Shown piece by piece: positions 1 through 9,722 of a DNA stretch of 64,000 nucleotides. The notes under the pieces are model-generated. The model saw nothing but the letters and a program-made list of their open reading frames with translations, was not told the DNA's origin and made no database searches. Positions within the stretch are counted from its first letter, which is position 1. Each line of letters opens with the position of its first letter. Source of the stretch: Candidatus Tayloriibacteriota bacterium (GTDB taxonomy: Bacteria; Patescibacteriota; Minisyncoccia; Phycocordibacterales; PALSA-1337); NCBI GenBank assembly GCA_037129895.1, contig JBAXUB010000004.1, positions 60 through 64,059 on the forward strand. The letters are read 5' to 3'. The position numbers and the translations under genes are program-made.

Positions 1-175
1 TTGCCGAGGGAGGAGAAAATACGATACCTGTACCGAATCTGTAAGATTCGAGTCCCTCTCGGCGCACAAAAAAAACCGCGTAAGCGGTTTTTTGAGTGGG
101 CGCCAAGCAAAGCGTTAGCTTTGCGGAGGGGACTCGAAAAGGTCGAGTATATTTTCGAGTCCCTCTAAGGCAGTA
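1..175 (+). repeat. tRNA-3'-end-associated structured repeat (about 1.5 units) with an internal terminator-like hairpin (67-93)
   Basis: Shares aaaaggtcgagtatattttcgag and gagaaaatacgaNacctgtaccgaa with 26600-26727. Contains the T-arm/acceptor-like ttcgagtccctctcggcgcac (47-67) and its near reverse complement gaggggactcgaa. Confidence 0.75.
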
Positions 176-198
176 CAATGATTCATGAGGACGCCTAA

Positions 199-1530
199 AT
201 GGCGCCCGAAGTAAAAGTCCAGTATAATGTTTCATATATGGAGTGGATAAAGAATTTCATAGGGAATAAGTCGTCAGCTCAATGGGCGTTTGATTTATCT
301 GGTTGGATGCTTGTTGTCATAATTATTTGTGTTGTTATTTTTTTCTTAGGTTTCACTGTACTTAGCGGACTAGATATTCTTGGTATATTTATACTATACA
401 AAATAGTGTACATGATAATACCGTTATTCGCCGTAATCTTCATTCTAGCTTCAGCAACAAGTATCTGGCTGGGTATTCACAGTCTGGTTGCCTCTGGAGA
501 ACGGATTAAATCAGTTACATCAATCATTCTAAGTGTCCTTATTTTTATAGTAAGTACCTATACCGCGTGGATTGTAAGGCCTGCAGCTTTAAATGGAGGA
601 CAAAATTTCTCTTCAGAAGCACCACGAGTAACACCATCAATTTCCCAGGATTTATCTTGTACCACCGAAATCATTAGCAATGCTTCTCAGGCTAAAGTTG
701 TAAAAACTAAATGCAACAAAACGGATCCGATTCACGAATTTCTGACTATCAACGGCGCTCAGCAAAAAACTTATTCTACTATTGATAAAATTACAATTAG
801 TCCCGATGGTAAAAAGATAGCCTATGTAGGACATATAAAGGGAAAGGACGGAAAAATCGGTAGTTATTTGATAGTTGATGGAGTGGAGTATGAGCTTACG
901 TATCCTAACTCTATGACAATTTTTGATGGTGAGGAATATAATATGGCTGGCTTTTCAATGAGAGAAATTGTATTTAGTCCGGACAGTCAACATATTGCCT
1001 ATATTATCTATGCTTTTCCAACAAGCAAAAAATATATAGCCGTAGATATCTACCGAGATGGCGTCATGATCAAAAGATATGATATTCAAGCGGATTGTAA
1101 AAGCACAGTATGTACTTTAGGCGTTGAAGATCTAAAATTCAGTAAAAATAATAAATTAGCCTATATACTCTACAGATCTGAATCGAATACTAAATCAATT
1201 GTTATTGATGGTATGCCGAATAAACTTTTGTATACGGATGTTGGTAAATACGCTGTAAGTCCAGACGGGTCGCATTTTGTATATGTTGGTCATGAAAAGA
1301 ATAGTTCTTACTTAGTAATTGATGCAAATATATTCAAAAGCTTTCCATATTCGGAAAAATACACCGCTCCTGATCTAGAATTCTCTGATGACGGCACAAC
1401 TATTTGTTATACTCGTGGTACTTCTCAATCTGGAGCATATTTAGCCTATAAAATAGTTAACAACAAAGAGAAAGAATTTCCATTTGATAGCATGAAGTTT
1501 CAAGATTTTTCAAATTTTTGTAATTACTAG
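199..1530 (+). CDS. Membrane-anchored protein with TolB/WD40-like beta-propeller repeats (start may be ATG 238)
   Basis: N-terminal hydrophobic helices, then repeated SPDG/SPDS-x-(K/H)IAY motifs. Confidence 0.6.
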   Translation: MAPEVKVQYNVSYMEWIKNFIGNKSSAQWAFDLSGWMLVVIIICVVIFFLGFTVLSGLDILGIFILYKIVYMIIPLFAVIFILASATSIWLGIHSLVASGERIKSVTSIILSVLIFIVSTYTAWIVRPAALNGGQNFSSEAPRVTPSISQDLSCTTEIISNASQAKVVKTKCNKTDPIHEFLTINGAQQKTYSTIDKITISPDGKKIAYVGHIKGKDGKIGSYLIVDGVEYELTYPNSMTIFDGEEYNMAGFSMREIVFSPDSQHIAYIIYAFPTSKKYIAVDIYRDGVMIKRYDIQADCKSTVCTLGVEDLKFSKNNKLAYILYRSESNTKSIVIDGMPNKLLYTDVGKYAVSPDGSHFVYVGHEKNSSYLVIDANIFKSFPYSEKYTAPDLEFSDDGTTICYTRGTSQSGAYLAYKIVNNKEKEFPFDSMKFQDFSNFCNY

Positions 1531-1674
1531 TTCTACCAATTCTGTTCTAATAACGTCCCAGACGGCACACAGAAGAATAAATTTAGTAAGAGAGTAAGTC
1601 GAGTTATTACACGGTGACATATTTTTTGAATGCACGGAAGTTGTTTTTTAATTTTGAAGTGAGAAAATTGATGC

Positions 1675-2520
1675 ATGGATGATCACAAAAAAGAAAAAGG
1701 AATATACTTAGCCATCTTCGAAGGTAAGCAGATTCGCCGACATTGGGATGATCGGTCGGAGAAGTGGTTTTTTTCTGTGGTTGATGTAATTAGTGCTTTG
1801 ACTAGAAGTGGAAATCCCCAAGTGTATTGGCGTGTCATGAAAAAGCGACTTATTGATGAAGGTTCAGTTGAAACCGTTACAAAATGTAACGGGTTGAAAA
1901 TGGTAGCTCCTGATGGCAAAATGCGCTTAACTGATGCGGCTGATACTGAGGTTATGTTGCGATTAGTCCAATCCATTCCCTCTCCGAACGCCGAGCCATT
2001 TAAGTTGTGGTTAGCTAGGGTTGGCTATGAACGACTCGAAGAAACAGCAGATCCAGAGCTCGCCATTCTTCGTGCCCTCAAAACGTATCTAGCAAAAGGC
2101 TACTCATTGAATTGGATCAACCAGCGGTTGAAAGCGATTGAGATTCGCAAGGAACTTACGGACGAGTGGGAGAGAAGTGGAGTTAATGATGGCTTCGAGT
2201 TTGCCATTCTAACAGACGAAATCACCAAAGCATGGACAGGGATGACCACACGAGAATACAAGAATCTCAAAGATCTGAAGAAAGAAAATCTACGTGACAA
2301 TATGTCGAACCTGGAATTGGTCCTCAATATGCTGGCAGAAACGGCCACGACCGAGATATCTAGGAAAGAAGAACCGAAGGGATTGGATCTGAGCAAAAAA
2401 ATTGCAAAACGTGGCGGAAGCATCGCTGGAACTGCGAGGAGGCAGATCGAGAAAGAAACCGGTAGGCTGGCTATTACCAGTGAAAATTGGAGAGTTAGAA
2501 GAAGTAAATTAATCAAATGA
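1675..2520 (+). CDS. Bro-N domain / phage antirepressor-like DNA-binding protein (paralog of 27088-27939)
   Basis: FEGKQIRRHWD..KWFFSVVDV, IPSPNAEPFKLWLA and ENLRDNM motifs typical of this family. Confidence 0.75.
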   Translation: MDDHKKEKGIYLAIFEGKQIRRHWDDRSEKWFFSVVDVISALTRSGNPQVYWRVMKKRLIDEGSVETVTKCNGLKMVAPDGKMRLTDAADTEVMLRLVQSIPSPNAEPFKLWLARVGYERLEETADPELAILRALKTYLAKGYSLNWINQRLKAIEIRKELTDEWERSGVNDGFEFAILTDEITKAWTGMTTREYKNLKDLKKENLRDNMSNLELVLNMLAETATTEISRKEEPKGLDLSKKIAKRGGSIAGTARRQIEKETGRLAITSENWRVRRSKLIK

Positions 2521-2593
2521 AAAAACTTATCTTATTTTTAATGCTATAATATTCCCAGTATATAGCTATTTCTTATTAATAATTTTAAATACA

Positions 2594-3892
2594 ATGGCAG
2601 AGAATAATAAAAAGGAAACAAATAATCCTGAAGTAGAAAAAGGTTTTGATATAGATAAGGCATTGAATACAAAGGGGTTTGCGGAATTTTTGGCAAAGAA
2701 AGGGGAGCGTAAGGCAGTTGATGTGAATAAAGAGAATGTTATGGAGGAGACCTTCGAAGTGTTCGAGGTCAAACAAGAAGTGTTGAAGGGTATAAAAGAA
2801 CTATTCAAGAATGAGATCCAGGCCGACATGGGGGTCAAATTGGAAGCGAAAGATTTGGATTCAATAGATACATATATCGATGGTATGGCAATTGATAAGC
2901 CAAATGAGATAGTAAAGTTGAAGGACAAGATCGAGAAGATGAAGGAATTACCAAAACAGATTGCAGAGTACGAGTCACAGTTGAAGGCCTTGGGTAATTT
3001 TGAGGATTTAAATGGTGTACTATCGAAGAAACTCGCAACTCGAGAACAATTCCGCGTAGCGGATAAATACTCAGGTGTATTGGGCAAGTCAGAATATGTC
3101 TTTGCACATCTTAAGCTAGCTTTCAAAGGCGCGGTTCATTTCAAAGAAACAATGAAGATCAAATTCAATCCGGGTTTTGAACCTAGCCAGGAATATCTCG
3201 AATATGTAACTGAACTCCAGACTCTCAAGAAAGAAAAAATCGATATGAAGGCGGTCGAAAAGAATCTAGGTTCGATGGACAAAAATAAGATCAAGTCGGT
3301 TTTGTCTAGTGTAGAAAGCGATATCAAGGAGACAGAAGCTATGCTGGACGCGATTACTAACCTCGAAATGTTGAAAGCAACAGTCGAAAAGTCATTCACC
3401 CAATTGAAGAAGAAAGTGTTCGGCGGCATATCTGATATAAAAGAGATAAATGAAGTTGTACAAACAAAGGCTCTGCAGCAATTGAAAGAGATGGTTACTG
3501 GTGGAACAGTGGATTCATTGAAAAATGCTCAGTCAAAGTTTGAAAAGTTATTGGCAGCGCAGGAAGGATCTACGACAGGGATCGACCCATTTGAAGGAAA
3601 AGATGCCGAGAAAATGCAGGAAGCGATAGACATCACTTTACAGAAAAAAGCTTCCGAGAAAATCATGGAAACTGTAAATAGTGCTACCTTAGGTAATAAT
3701 GCTCTTACAAAGATGGAAAAGGTATTGCAGCCATTCTTGGCTGAAACAAAATTGGGGTCACTAGACAATGATGAGACAAAAGAGTTCATAATAAAGAGCA
3801 TTGAGGAAGTATCGAGTAATCTCGGGGATAGTATAGAAGACAAGGGCAAGAAACTCTTATTGGCCAGAATTCTCGCCAAGGCTCAAGTTTAG
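2594..3892 (+). CDS. Hypothetical coiled-coil protein
   Basis: 432-aa K/E-rich ORF with no recognisable motif. Confidence 0.6.
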   Translation: MAENNKKETNNPEVEKGFDIDKALNTKGFAEFLAKKGERKAVDVNKENVMEETFEVFEVKQEVLKGIKELFKNEIQADMGVKLEAKDLDSIDTYIDGMAIDKPNEIVKLKDKIEKMKELPKQIAEYESQLKALGNFEDLNGVLSKKLATREQFRVADKYSGVLGKSEYVFAHLKLAFKGAVHFKETMKIKFNPGFEPSQEYLEYVTELQTLKKEKIDMKAVEKNLGSMDKNKIKSVLSSVESDIKETEAMLDAITNLEMLKATVEKSFTQLKKKVFGGISDIKEINEVVQTKALQQLKEMVTGGTVDSLKNAQSKFEKLLAAQEGSTTGIDPFEGKDAEKMQEAIDITLQKKASEKIMETVNSATLGNNALTKMEKVLQPFLAETKLGSLDNDETKEFIIKSIEEVSSNLGDSIEDKGKKLLLARILAKAQV

Positions 3893-3914
3893 CAATAATT
3901 AATTCAATAATAAT

Positions 3915-4211
3915 ATGGAAACAGAAATAAATAAGCTACAATCTTTGCTAAAGGAAAAGAATTTTGCCGAAGCAACGAAAGTGATCGACCAGATAGTCAA
4001 AGCAGAGATGACCGAAGAAGAGAAGGGTGGAATGTTGGTAGACATGGCTTCGACTTATATGGACGTTGTAAATGCAGTCAACGAGGAGTATCGGGATTCT
4101 CTAAAGGAGGTTATAGAAGGACTCGAAAGGATCAAACAGTCAGAGAGTAGAGTTTCCGACAAGGTCAAGTTGGCAGAAGTGAAACAGGGCCTAAATATTG
4201 GTACAAAATAA
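3915..4211 (+). CDS. Hypothetical helical protein
   Basis: 98-aa ORF 22 bp downstream of the previous gene, same strand. Confidence 0.6.
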   Translation: METEINKLQSLLKEKNFAEATKVIDQIVKAEMTEEEKGGMLVDMASTYMDVVNAVNEEYRDSLKEVIEGLERIKQSESRVSDKVKLAEVKQGLNIGTK

Positions 4212-4292
4212 ATATTATTTGGCTTTTTCATTAGTTGCTATTCGAATAACCATACTTAACGCACGAAAAGTCTGAGCATGCCTCTACGGGAA

Positions 4293-4946
4293 TTATAACG
4301 AGGGGAATAGTTGGATAGGATTTTCGTTCATACCCCAATTCGCTGGTAATTGCATATCACTTATTGTTTCCACAGGACTACCTGTACTTCCTCCCACCGT
4401 TCCGGCGCTTTCTAGTCTTGCACTTATTTGATAGTTACTTGAGCCACTAGAACCGGAAGCACAACTAATTCCAGATTGTGAACAATAGTATTTCATAGCG
4501 GCTGGTGGAATGTATGTATATCCAAGGGGTTTACCATCTGTGGCAACACAACTACCGCCAATACATGGATCATTCGGAACATTAGGCATATATTTGCTGA
4601 TCGTTGCTGTAAATTTATCCCAAGCAACTTTACCAGCAGTAGGGGTACCATCAGTATTAACACCTGCAGTTGATACAGCTACACAACCTGACACAGAACT
4701 GGTATTCAAAGTATCTACCTGATATTTACAGCTTGCCCACTCTGGTGGGCTTCCATTATTATCTGCAATATAACTCTGTATCGCCAAATCGATCTGATGA
4801 ATCTCTTGCAATCTTTTCGAATCCTTGGCTTGTGTACGTATAGGATTGATGGTCGCCAAGACGACGCTAGCCAGCATCGAGACGAGAGAGATGACAACCA
4901 GGAGTTCGACTAGGGTGAAGGCTTTTGAGGTTGTTATTCTGTACAT
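4293..4946 (-). CDS. Type IV pilin / type II secretion pseudopilin-like protein
   Basis: Prepilin N-methylation motif KAFTLVELLVVI followed by a hydrophobic helix; ATG at 4946. Confidence 0.85.
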   Translation of the reverse strand: MYRITTSKAFTLVELLVVISLVSMLASVVLATINPIRTQAKDSKRLQEIHQIDLAIQSYIADNNGSPPEWASCKYQVDTLNTSSVSGCVAVSTAGVNTDGTPTAGKVAWDKFTATISKYMPNVPNDPCIGGSCVATDGKPLGYTYIPPAAMKYYCSQSGISCASGSSGSSNYQISARLESAGTVGGSTGSPVETISDMQLPANWGMNENPIQLFPSL

Positions 4947-4981
4947 ATTAAGATCAATTATATAACAAATATTTACAAATA

Positions 4982-6172
4982 TCATTCAACCACCGTCCTT
5001 TTGAGAACCGCCGGGATATGCACTACCAATTCGTAGGGGAGGAGTTTTCCTTCTCGAGCCAGAGAGGAGATAGAATTCCGATCATTCATATCATTACTGA
5101 AAATCGTAACTTCCATTTCTTGTTTGATATCGTCAACATGCGATACGTCGATAGTAGTCATATTCATACTGACATTGCCGATGATGGGGCAAGTCACATT
5201 ATTTGGTCCGACTTGAACAAAGCCGCAGTTCGAAAGTCGGCGGTCTATACCCTCATAGTAACCAACGGGGATGATGGCAACTGTCATATCACGTTCAGCT
5301 CGGAATGTTCCACTGTAACCAACACTATCATCTCGGTGTAGCTTCTTTAATGAAGTGATGATCGTCTGCATCTTGAGTGCGGGGATGAGTGACATTTTTT
5401 CTGGAAATTGCGATCCGTCAACCAGTCCATAGAGTCCTAAACCCAATCTCGAGACGTTCGCATCAATATCCGGAGTGAATCTATGTCCGTAGGTTGCACC
5501 GAGATGGAAATATTTTAATGAAGGGAACTCATTTTTGAAATGGCTGACGACTCTATTCCAAGTATTGATCTGTCCTTCAGTGAATGATGGGTCATCATTG
5601 TCCGCATCTGACAAATGTGAACACAATCCCTGAATGACGATTTCAGGATTTTCGGCCAGGAGTTCGATCGCCTTTGGTACTTCATCGATCAATATTCCTT
5701 GCCTATGCATTCCTGTATCGATCTTCAAGTGTATGGCTATCGGATGTTCCGTATCTTCCAATTCTTGCAATGACTCGATACTACCTATGGTGAAAGCAAC
5801 ACTATTCAATCTCGAGGCGAGTATAGTTTCTGGGCGACAGTATCCTATGACGAGTAGGGGAGTTTTGATACCTTGTGATCGTAATGCCACAGCTTCGAAA
5901 TATGAATCAATGACGAAAAATGGAACAGTACCTATACCATCAGTATTTCGGGCACCTTTTGAATTGTGTCTATATTTCTCCAATATATTGGCAACTTCGA
6001 ATAGTCCATGTCCATAGGCATAACTTTTCAATACTGGAGCAACTGTGCCATGAGGTGCCAATTTGCGGAATTGATCGAGATTGTTGATTATGGCATGCCT
6101 AGATATTTCAAGCCGAATCAGCGGTTCGTAAGGGAATCGCTTACGAGAGATCCATGTAAGTGGATTTAGCAC
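4982..6172 (-). CDS. alr: Alanine racemase
   Basis: VLKSYAYGHG (PLP lysine), HLKIDTGMHRQG, VGYSG, GNVSMN. Confidence 0.92.
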   Translation of the reverse strand: MLNPLTWISRKRFPYEPLIRLEISRHAIINNLDQFRKLAPHGTVAPVLKSYAYGHGLFEVANILEKYRHNSKGARNTDGIGTVPFFVIDSYFEAVALRSQGIKTPLLVIGYCRPETILASRLNSVAFTIGSIESLQELEDTEHPIAIHLKIDTGMHRQGILIDEVPKAIELLAENPEIVIQGLCSHLSDADNDDPSFTEGQINTWNRVVSHFKNEFPSLKYFHLGATYGHRFTPDIDANVSRLGLGLYGLVDGSQFPEKMSLIPALKMQTIITSLKKLHRDDSVGYSGTFRAERDMTVAIIPVGYYEGIDRRLSNCGFVQVGPNNVTCPIIGNVSMNMTTIDVSHVDDIKQEMEVTIFSNDMNDRNSISSLAREGKLLPYELVVHIPAVLKRTVVE

Positions 6173-6238
6173 ACTTTTATTGTACTCCTATAGATATCGG
6201 CTGCAAGGATTAACGGGGCTGAGTAAATAGTGGGGCTA

Positions 6239-6398
6239 TTGACAAAAAAGGAGAAAGGTGCTAGTATATATGGCAGTAGAAGGGCTGAATATAGCCCTAT
6301 AAAAGTGCCTTGAAAACCACATATGTTAGGAAACATAAGCTTTTGCATGGCTGCAAAGGCGTATGTGGTTCGATAGGTGCGAAAGAAGGAATTGGAGA
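6239..6398 (+). promoter_or_regulatory. Sigma70 promoter and structured leader, cassette 1
   Basis: TTGACA(6239)-17 bp-TAGTAT with extended TG; hairpin agggct/agccct; 20-bp motif agtgccttgaaaaccacata (6304-6323) identical in cassette 2. Confidence 0.7.
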
Positions 6399-6635
6399 AT
6401 GAACGAAAAACAGCGTAAATACCTGCTTTTGGCATCCGTGATGTTCACTATGGCTATCTGTATGGCGACTGCCATATGGAAGTCGGTTAGTGATAGTGGA
6501 ATACCTCAGGTGAAGTCGGAAGTGGCAAGTGAAGTGAGTACCTCTCAAGAGGCAACCGCTCCGCAGTCAGTTCCCGCTGCTGCCGCCCAAAAGGCGACGG
6601 TAGTGACCGGCACAGTTGCTGGGGGCTTTAAATAG
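6399..6635 (+). CDS. Small single-TM protein (paralog of 8108-8380)
   Basis: RKYLLLASVMFTMAI matches RKYLLLAVVMFTMAI of the paralog. Confidence 0.65.
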   Translation: MNEKQRKYLLLASVMFTMAICMATAIWKSVSDSGIPQVKSEVASEVSTSQEATAPQSVPAAAAQKATVVTGTVAGGFK

Positions 6636-6719
6636 GTAATTGTAAAAAATAGGTAATTGTAAAGAAGAAAAAAGAAAAGTAGAAAACAAAAAACCAAAAA
6701 AAGAAAGAAAAGGATAGAA

Positions 6720-7820
6720 ATGAAAAAAAATATCGTAAAGTTGGTGTTGGCGACCGTTCTCACGGTCGGGTTCTGTCACATAGTAGCCGCGCAAGTGCTA
6801 CCCATGCTACCCACTAATGTGGATACCATGTCTGACACTACGTCGGACACCACGGCGGTGTCTAAGAACATGCCGACTAGTATGCCGTTCTTGACGTCGA
6901 AGGCTGCGTTGCGCACCTTCGCCATCGAGTCCGCTAGGGGTGCATTCCTGGAGTTGCAGTCTCCCGGAATGGTAGACCCGTCATGGAGTATTGGCACAGC
7001 GTGGCCGTCTCCGCTCAAGGAGGCCGATGTCCTCAACGAGTTCAACCTGATGCAGATAACAATCCCGATGGCGAACATCGAGGATTACGTCCACGCTACG
7101 GCGCGGATCTGCAACGTCGATGGCCGCCCCTTGTTCAGGGGTGAATCATGGGCCAAGCCCGAACTCGTCAAAGGTGGATACGTCCTGCCGCAGATGTGGT
7201 TCTGGTTCTCCATGGAAAGTGTTATTCCGATCAAACTTGATCGGTCTGTGACATCAGTTCGCTTTCGGCACGTAGGTGCTGATGGCCGGACGATCGGAGA
7301 GCCCATCAACCTCAGGGTTCAGAATGGTTACCTCGACTTCCAGAGCGATCTGGCGGGGCAGGGTATCCTGGAACTCTGGGACAACAATGCAAATCAGACT
7401 GAGTACGACCTCCGTAATGGAGGTAAACAGGTACCAGTCCAACGGGTTCTGTACGCCGGTAGCCAGTCGATGATCGACGGTCTGTATAGTTTTACGGATC
7501 CGTCAGAGATCAATTGGCAGGCATGGAGTTGGAATGGTATCGGACAGAATCCGGCATTTGAGGTCACCATGACAACGAAGAATTGGGTAATTCTCAATGT
7601 ATTCTCGAACGAGGGTGCTGTGCCGGTCGGCTTCCAGGTTCGCCTCATGGGCAATACGGACTGGGTCTATTACCCGGTCGTAGCTCCATCGAAGGTAGGC
7701 CAGGTACCGTTAAATCCTGGAGTGTTCTACATCGTTCCGGTGTGGAACGAAACTGAGTTTGCGGAGCCTGAACCTCAGGTACCGCAATCGACGCCCACCA
7801 TGATTGATGGGAAGGGTTAA
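6720..7820 (+). CDS. Secreted hypothetical protein, beta-rich
   Basis: Signal peptide MKKNIVKLVLATVL..AAQ; visibly more GC-rich than the flanks. Confidence 0.7.
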   Translation: MKKNIVKLVLATVLTVGFCHIVAAQVLPMLPTNVDTMSDTTSDTTAVSKNMPTSMPFLTSKAALRTFAIESARGAFLELQSPGMVDPSWSIGTAWPSPLKEADVLNEFNLMQITIPMANIEDYVHATARICNVDGRPLFRGESWAKPELVKGGYVLPQMWFWFSMESVIPIKLDRSVTSVRFRHVGADGRTIGEPINLRVQNGYLDFQSDLAGQGILELWDNNANQTEYDLRNGGKQVPVQRVLYAGSQSMIDGLYSFTDPSEINWQAWSWNGIGQNPAFEVTMTTKNWVILNVFSNEGAVPVGFQVRLMGNTDWVYYPVVAPSKVGQVPLNPGVFYIVPVWNETEFAEPEPQVPQSTPTMIDGKG

Positions 7821-7844
7821 TTAGCCCTAGTTCTTTAGTATCAC

Positions 7845-7883
7845 AGAGCCGCATTTCCATAGGGAAGTGCGGTCTCTTTTTTT
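7845..7883 (+). terminator. Rho-independent terminator (same sequence at 9540-9579)
   Basis: gagccgcatttcc-ata-gggaagtgcggtctc followed by a T-tract. Confidence 0.8.
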
Positions 7884-7891
7884 AGGTGAAA

Positions 7892-7945
7892 CCTCGACAC
7901 GTTGTAGAGGTCTGACCTCTGCAGTATAACGTCGAGTGTAGAGGT
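7892..7945. repeat. REP-like palindrome, copy 1
   Basis: cctcgacacgttgtagaggtctgacctctgcagtataacgtcgag; core AGAGGTC-T-GACCTCT. Confidence 0.8.
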
Positions 7946-7967
7946 TATCTACACCTTTGCTGCAATA

Positions 7968-8107
7968 TTGACAAGTGATGATAAGAGTGATAATATGCGG
8001 CATAGTAAGGGGCTTAGTAAAGCTCTATATAGTGCCTTGAAAACCACATAATGTAGCTTCTACATGTTTGTGGAGGCGTGTGTTTGGATAGGTACTAGGA
8101 GGAATGA
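7968..8107 (+). promoter_or_regulatory. Sigma70 promoter and structured leader, cassette 2
   Basis: TTGACA(7968)-17 bp-TAATAT with extended TG; agtgccttgaaaaccacata at 8031-8050. Confidence 0.7.
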
Positions 8108-8380
8108 ATGAAGAATACATCTGATAATACTTCAAGAAAGTATCTGCTACTCGCTGTTGTGATGTTCACAATGGCGATCGGTATGAGCGTCGGCCTTTGG
8201 CTTTCGGTCAAGGGTACGGTTTTGGCTTCTGCGGATACCACGGTCTCTGTGCCTACGGTTTTAGCCTCTGAGAAATCAGTGACTGATTTGGCACTCGCAG
8301 AGTTTGGACTTAGTTCAGAGTCGGTAGTTCCGATGAGTGCAAGTGTTCGCCTGAAAAAGTCAAAGTCGTCGGTTCGGTGA
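8108..8380 (+). CDS. Small single-TM protein (paralog of 6399-6635)
   Basis: Shared RKYLLL..MFTMAI..W.SV N-terminus. Confidence 0.65.
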   Translation: MKNTSDNTSRKYLLLAVVMFTMAIGMSVGLWLSVKGTVLASADTTVSVPTVLASEKSVTDLALAEFGLSSESVVPMSASVRLKKSKSSVR

Positions 8381-8413
8381 TAGAAAGAAAACCAAAAAAC
8401 GAAAAGGATAATA

Positions 8414-9499
8414 ATGAAAAAAAGTAAGATCGCAGTGTCAGTAGTAATGTTGCTGTCCCTTCTCGGGATCAGTGCGTCGGCGCAGCAGATCAGTTCTGTG
8501 AGACCCCCGAATGGCGGAGGCTTCCAGGACTCAGAAATGCTGGCCCGGGCGTTTCTCCGGCATACCACGGATCATTACCGTGGGAACGTGAACACCGAGC
8601 AGAAGCTCGACAATGGGTACACCCAACCTATCTGTATGCAGTTCGGGATGGGTAAGGATATGATGATCACCAACTTGGTGATCAATGGGAAGAATATCCC
8701 GCTTGTTCGTCCGTTGGCGGGGATTCCAGTCCCTGTTTCTGGCTATCACTTCTTTGACTTGAGGCTGGAAGCGTACGACGAGAATGAGTCACTGGCATCT
8801 ACTGGGGATTATCATGCGAAAGGACTACGAGTGGGTGATCGTATCAGTGTTGTTCTCCAGCCGAAAATGCCACTGATAGAGATTCCTCTTCATGACTGGG
8901 TCAGCATTACAAACATTGACGTCATGATGGATGGTGCTGATTGGTTGGGTTGGTGTGTCGAAAATGGCATGCTCATCATTCAGCCGGGACCGTTCTCGAT
9001 CAATGCACGTTATGAAGTCATAGATCGTAGCACCGGAGAAACTGTTGCTCGCAGTTACATCGATCCATTCGCTGGTAAAGAGGGTGATCAAGAAGCAGTC
9101 TTTAGCGTTACTCAAGCCGGCGGAGTGACACCGGTTGACCTCAAGAACATAACATACACAGGGTTTGGCGGTCAGCAGTTTGATGGGCACATCTACCGTG
9201 AAGGGAAAGCCCTTTCGGCCAAGGTGTATAGTTTGAGTGGTGTTAATAGAGAGTCATTTACGATCTGGGTTACTAATCTCGGAGATGGTTCGGTGACGAT
9301 CAAGAAGCCCGTCGAATTCGGGGAAATGCCAGAAATCCCCACCAAGAAGGTGGTCGATGAAGAAGGTATGGTCACATATTCGGCCTCTGAGCCGATCGAC
9401 AAAGCTGTTGTTATTGTGCAGCCAGCCAGTGGCGACACAAATAATACCAAGTTCGGTATTTCGTTTCAGACCACTCGGCTTGCATTCAGTGCGCCGTAG
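8414..9499 (+). CDS. Secreted hypothetical protein
   Basis: Signal peptide MKKSKIAVSVVMLLSLLGISASA-Q; 361 aa, similar in size and position to 6720-7820. Confidence 0.7.
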   Translation: MKKSKIAVSVVMLLSLLGISASAQQISSVRPPNGGGFQDSEMLARAFLRHTTDHYRGNVNTEQKLDNGYTQPICMQFGMGKDMMITNLVINGKNIPLVRPLAGIPVPVSGYHFFDLRLEAYDENESLASTGDYHAKGLRVGDRISVVLQPKMPLIEIPLHDWVSITNIDVMMDGADWLGWCVENGMLIIQPGPFSINARYEVIDRSTGETVARSYIDPFAGKEGDQEAVFSVTQAGGVTPVDLKNITYTGFGGQQFDGHIYREGKALSAKVYSLSGVNRESFTIWVTNLGDGSVTIKKPVEFGEMPEIPTKKVVDEEGMVTYSASEPIDKAVVIVQPASGDTNNTKFGISFQTTRLAFSAP

Positions 9500-9539
9500 T
9501 CTGGATTATTAGTTCTTTGCTCTTTTGATAGAGCTCGCG

Positions 9540-9616
9540 AGAGCCGCATTTCCATAGGGAAGTGCGGTCTCTTTTTTTTAGGTGAAACCTCGATACGTTG
9601 CAGAGGTCTGACCTCT
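9540..9616 (+). repeat. Terminator plus REP-like palindrome, copy 2
   Basis: Near-identical to 7845-7920. Confidence 0.8.
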
Positions 9617-9722
9617 ATATTGGGTAATGTTGACAACGTAAATCTATTTGATAAACTTGCATGCATGAAGAGAGCTTTCGGCCGTGGTTTTCGTACCACA
9701 CTTGGCGGGGAGCTTTTTTCGT

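Noticed and set aside
1-70. Complete tRNA gene at the window start
   Set aside because: Only a T-arm/acceptor 3' fragment is present, preceded by repeat core rather than D and anticodon arms.
1675-4211. Prophage suggested by the antirepressor-like gene
   Set aside because: No integrase, terminase, capsid or tail genes are visible.
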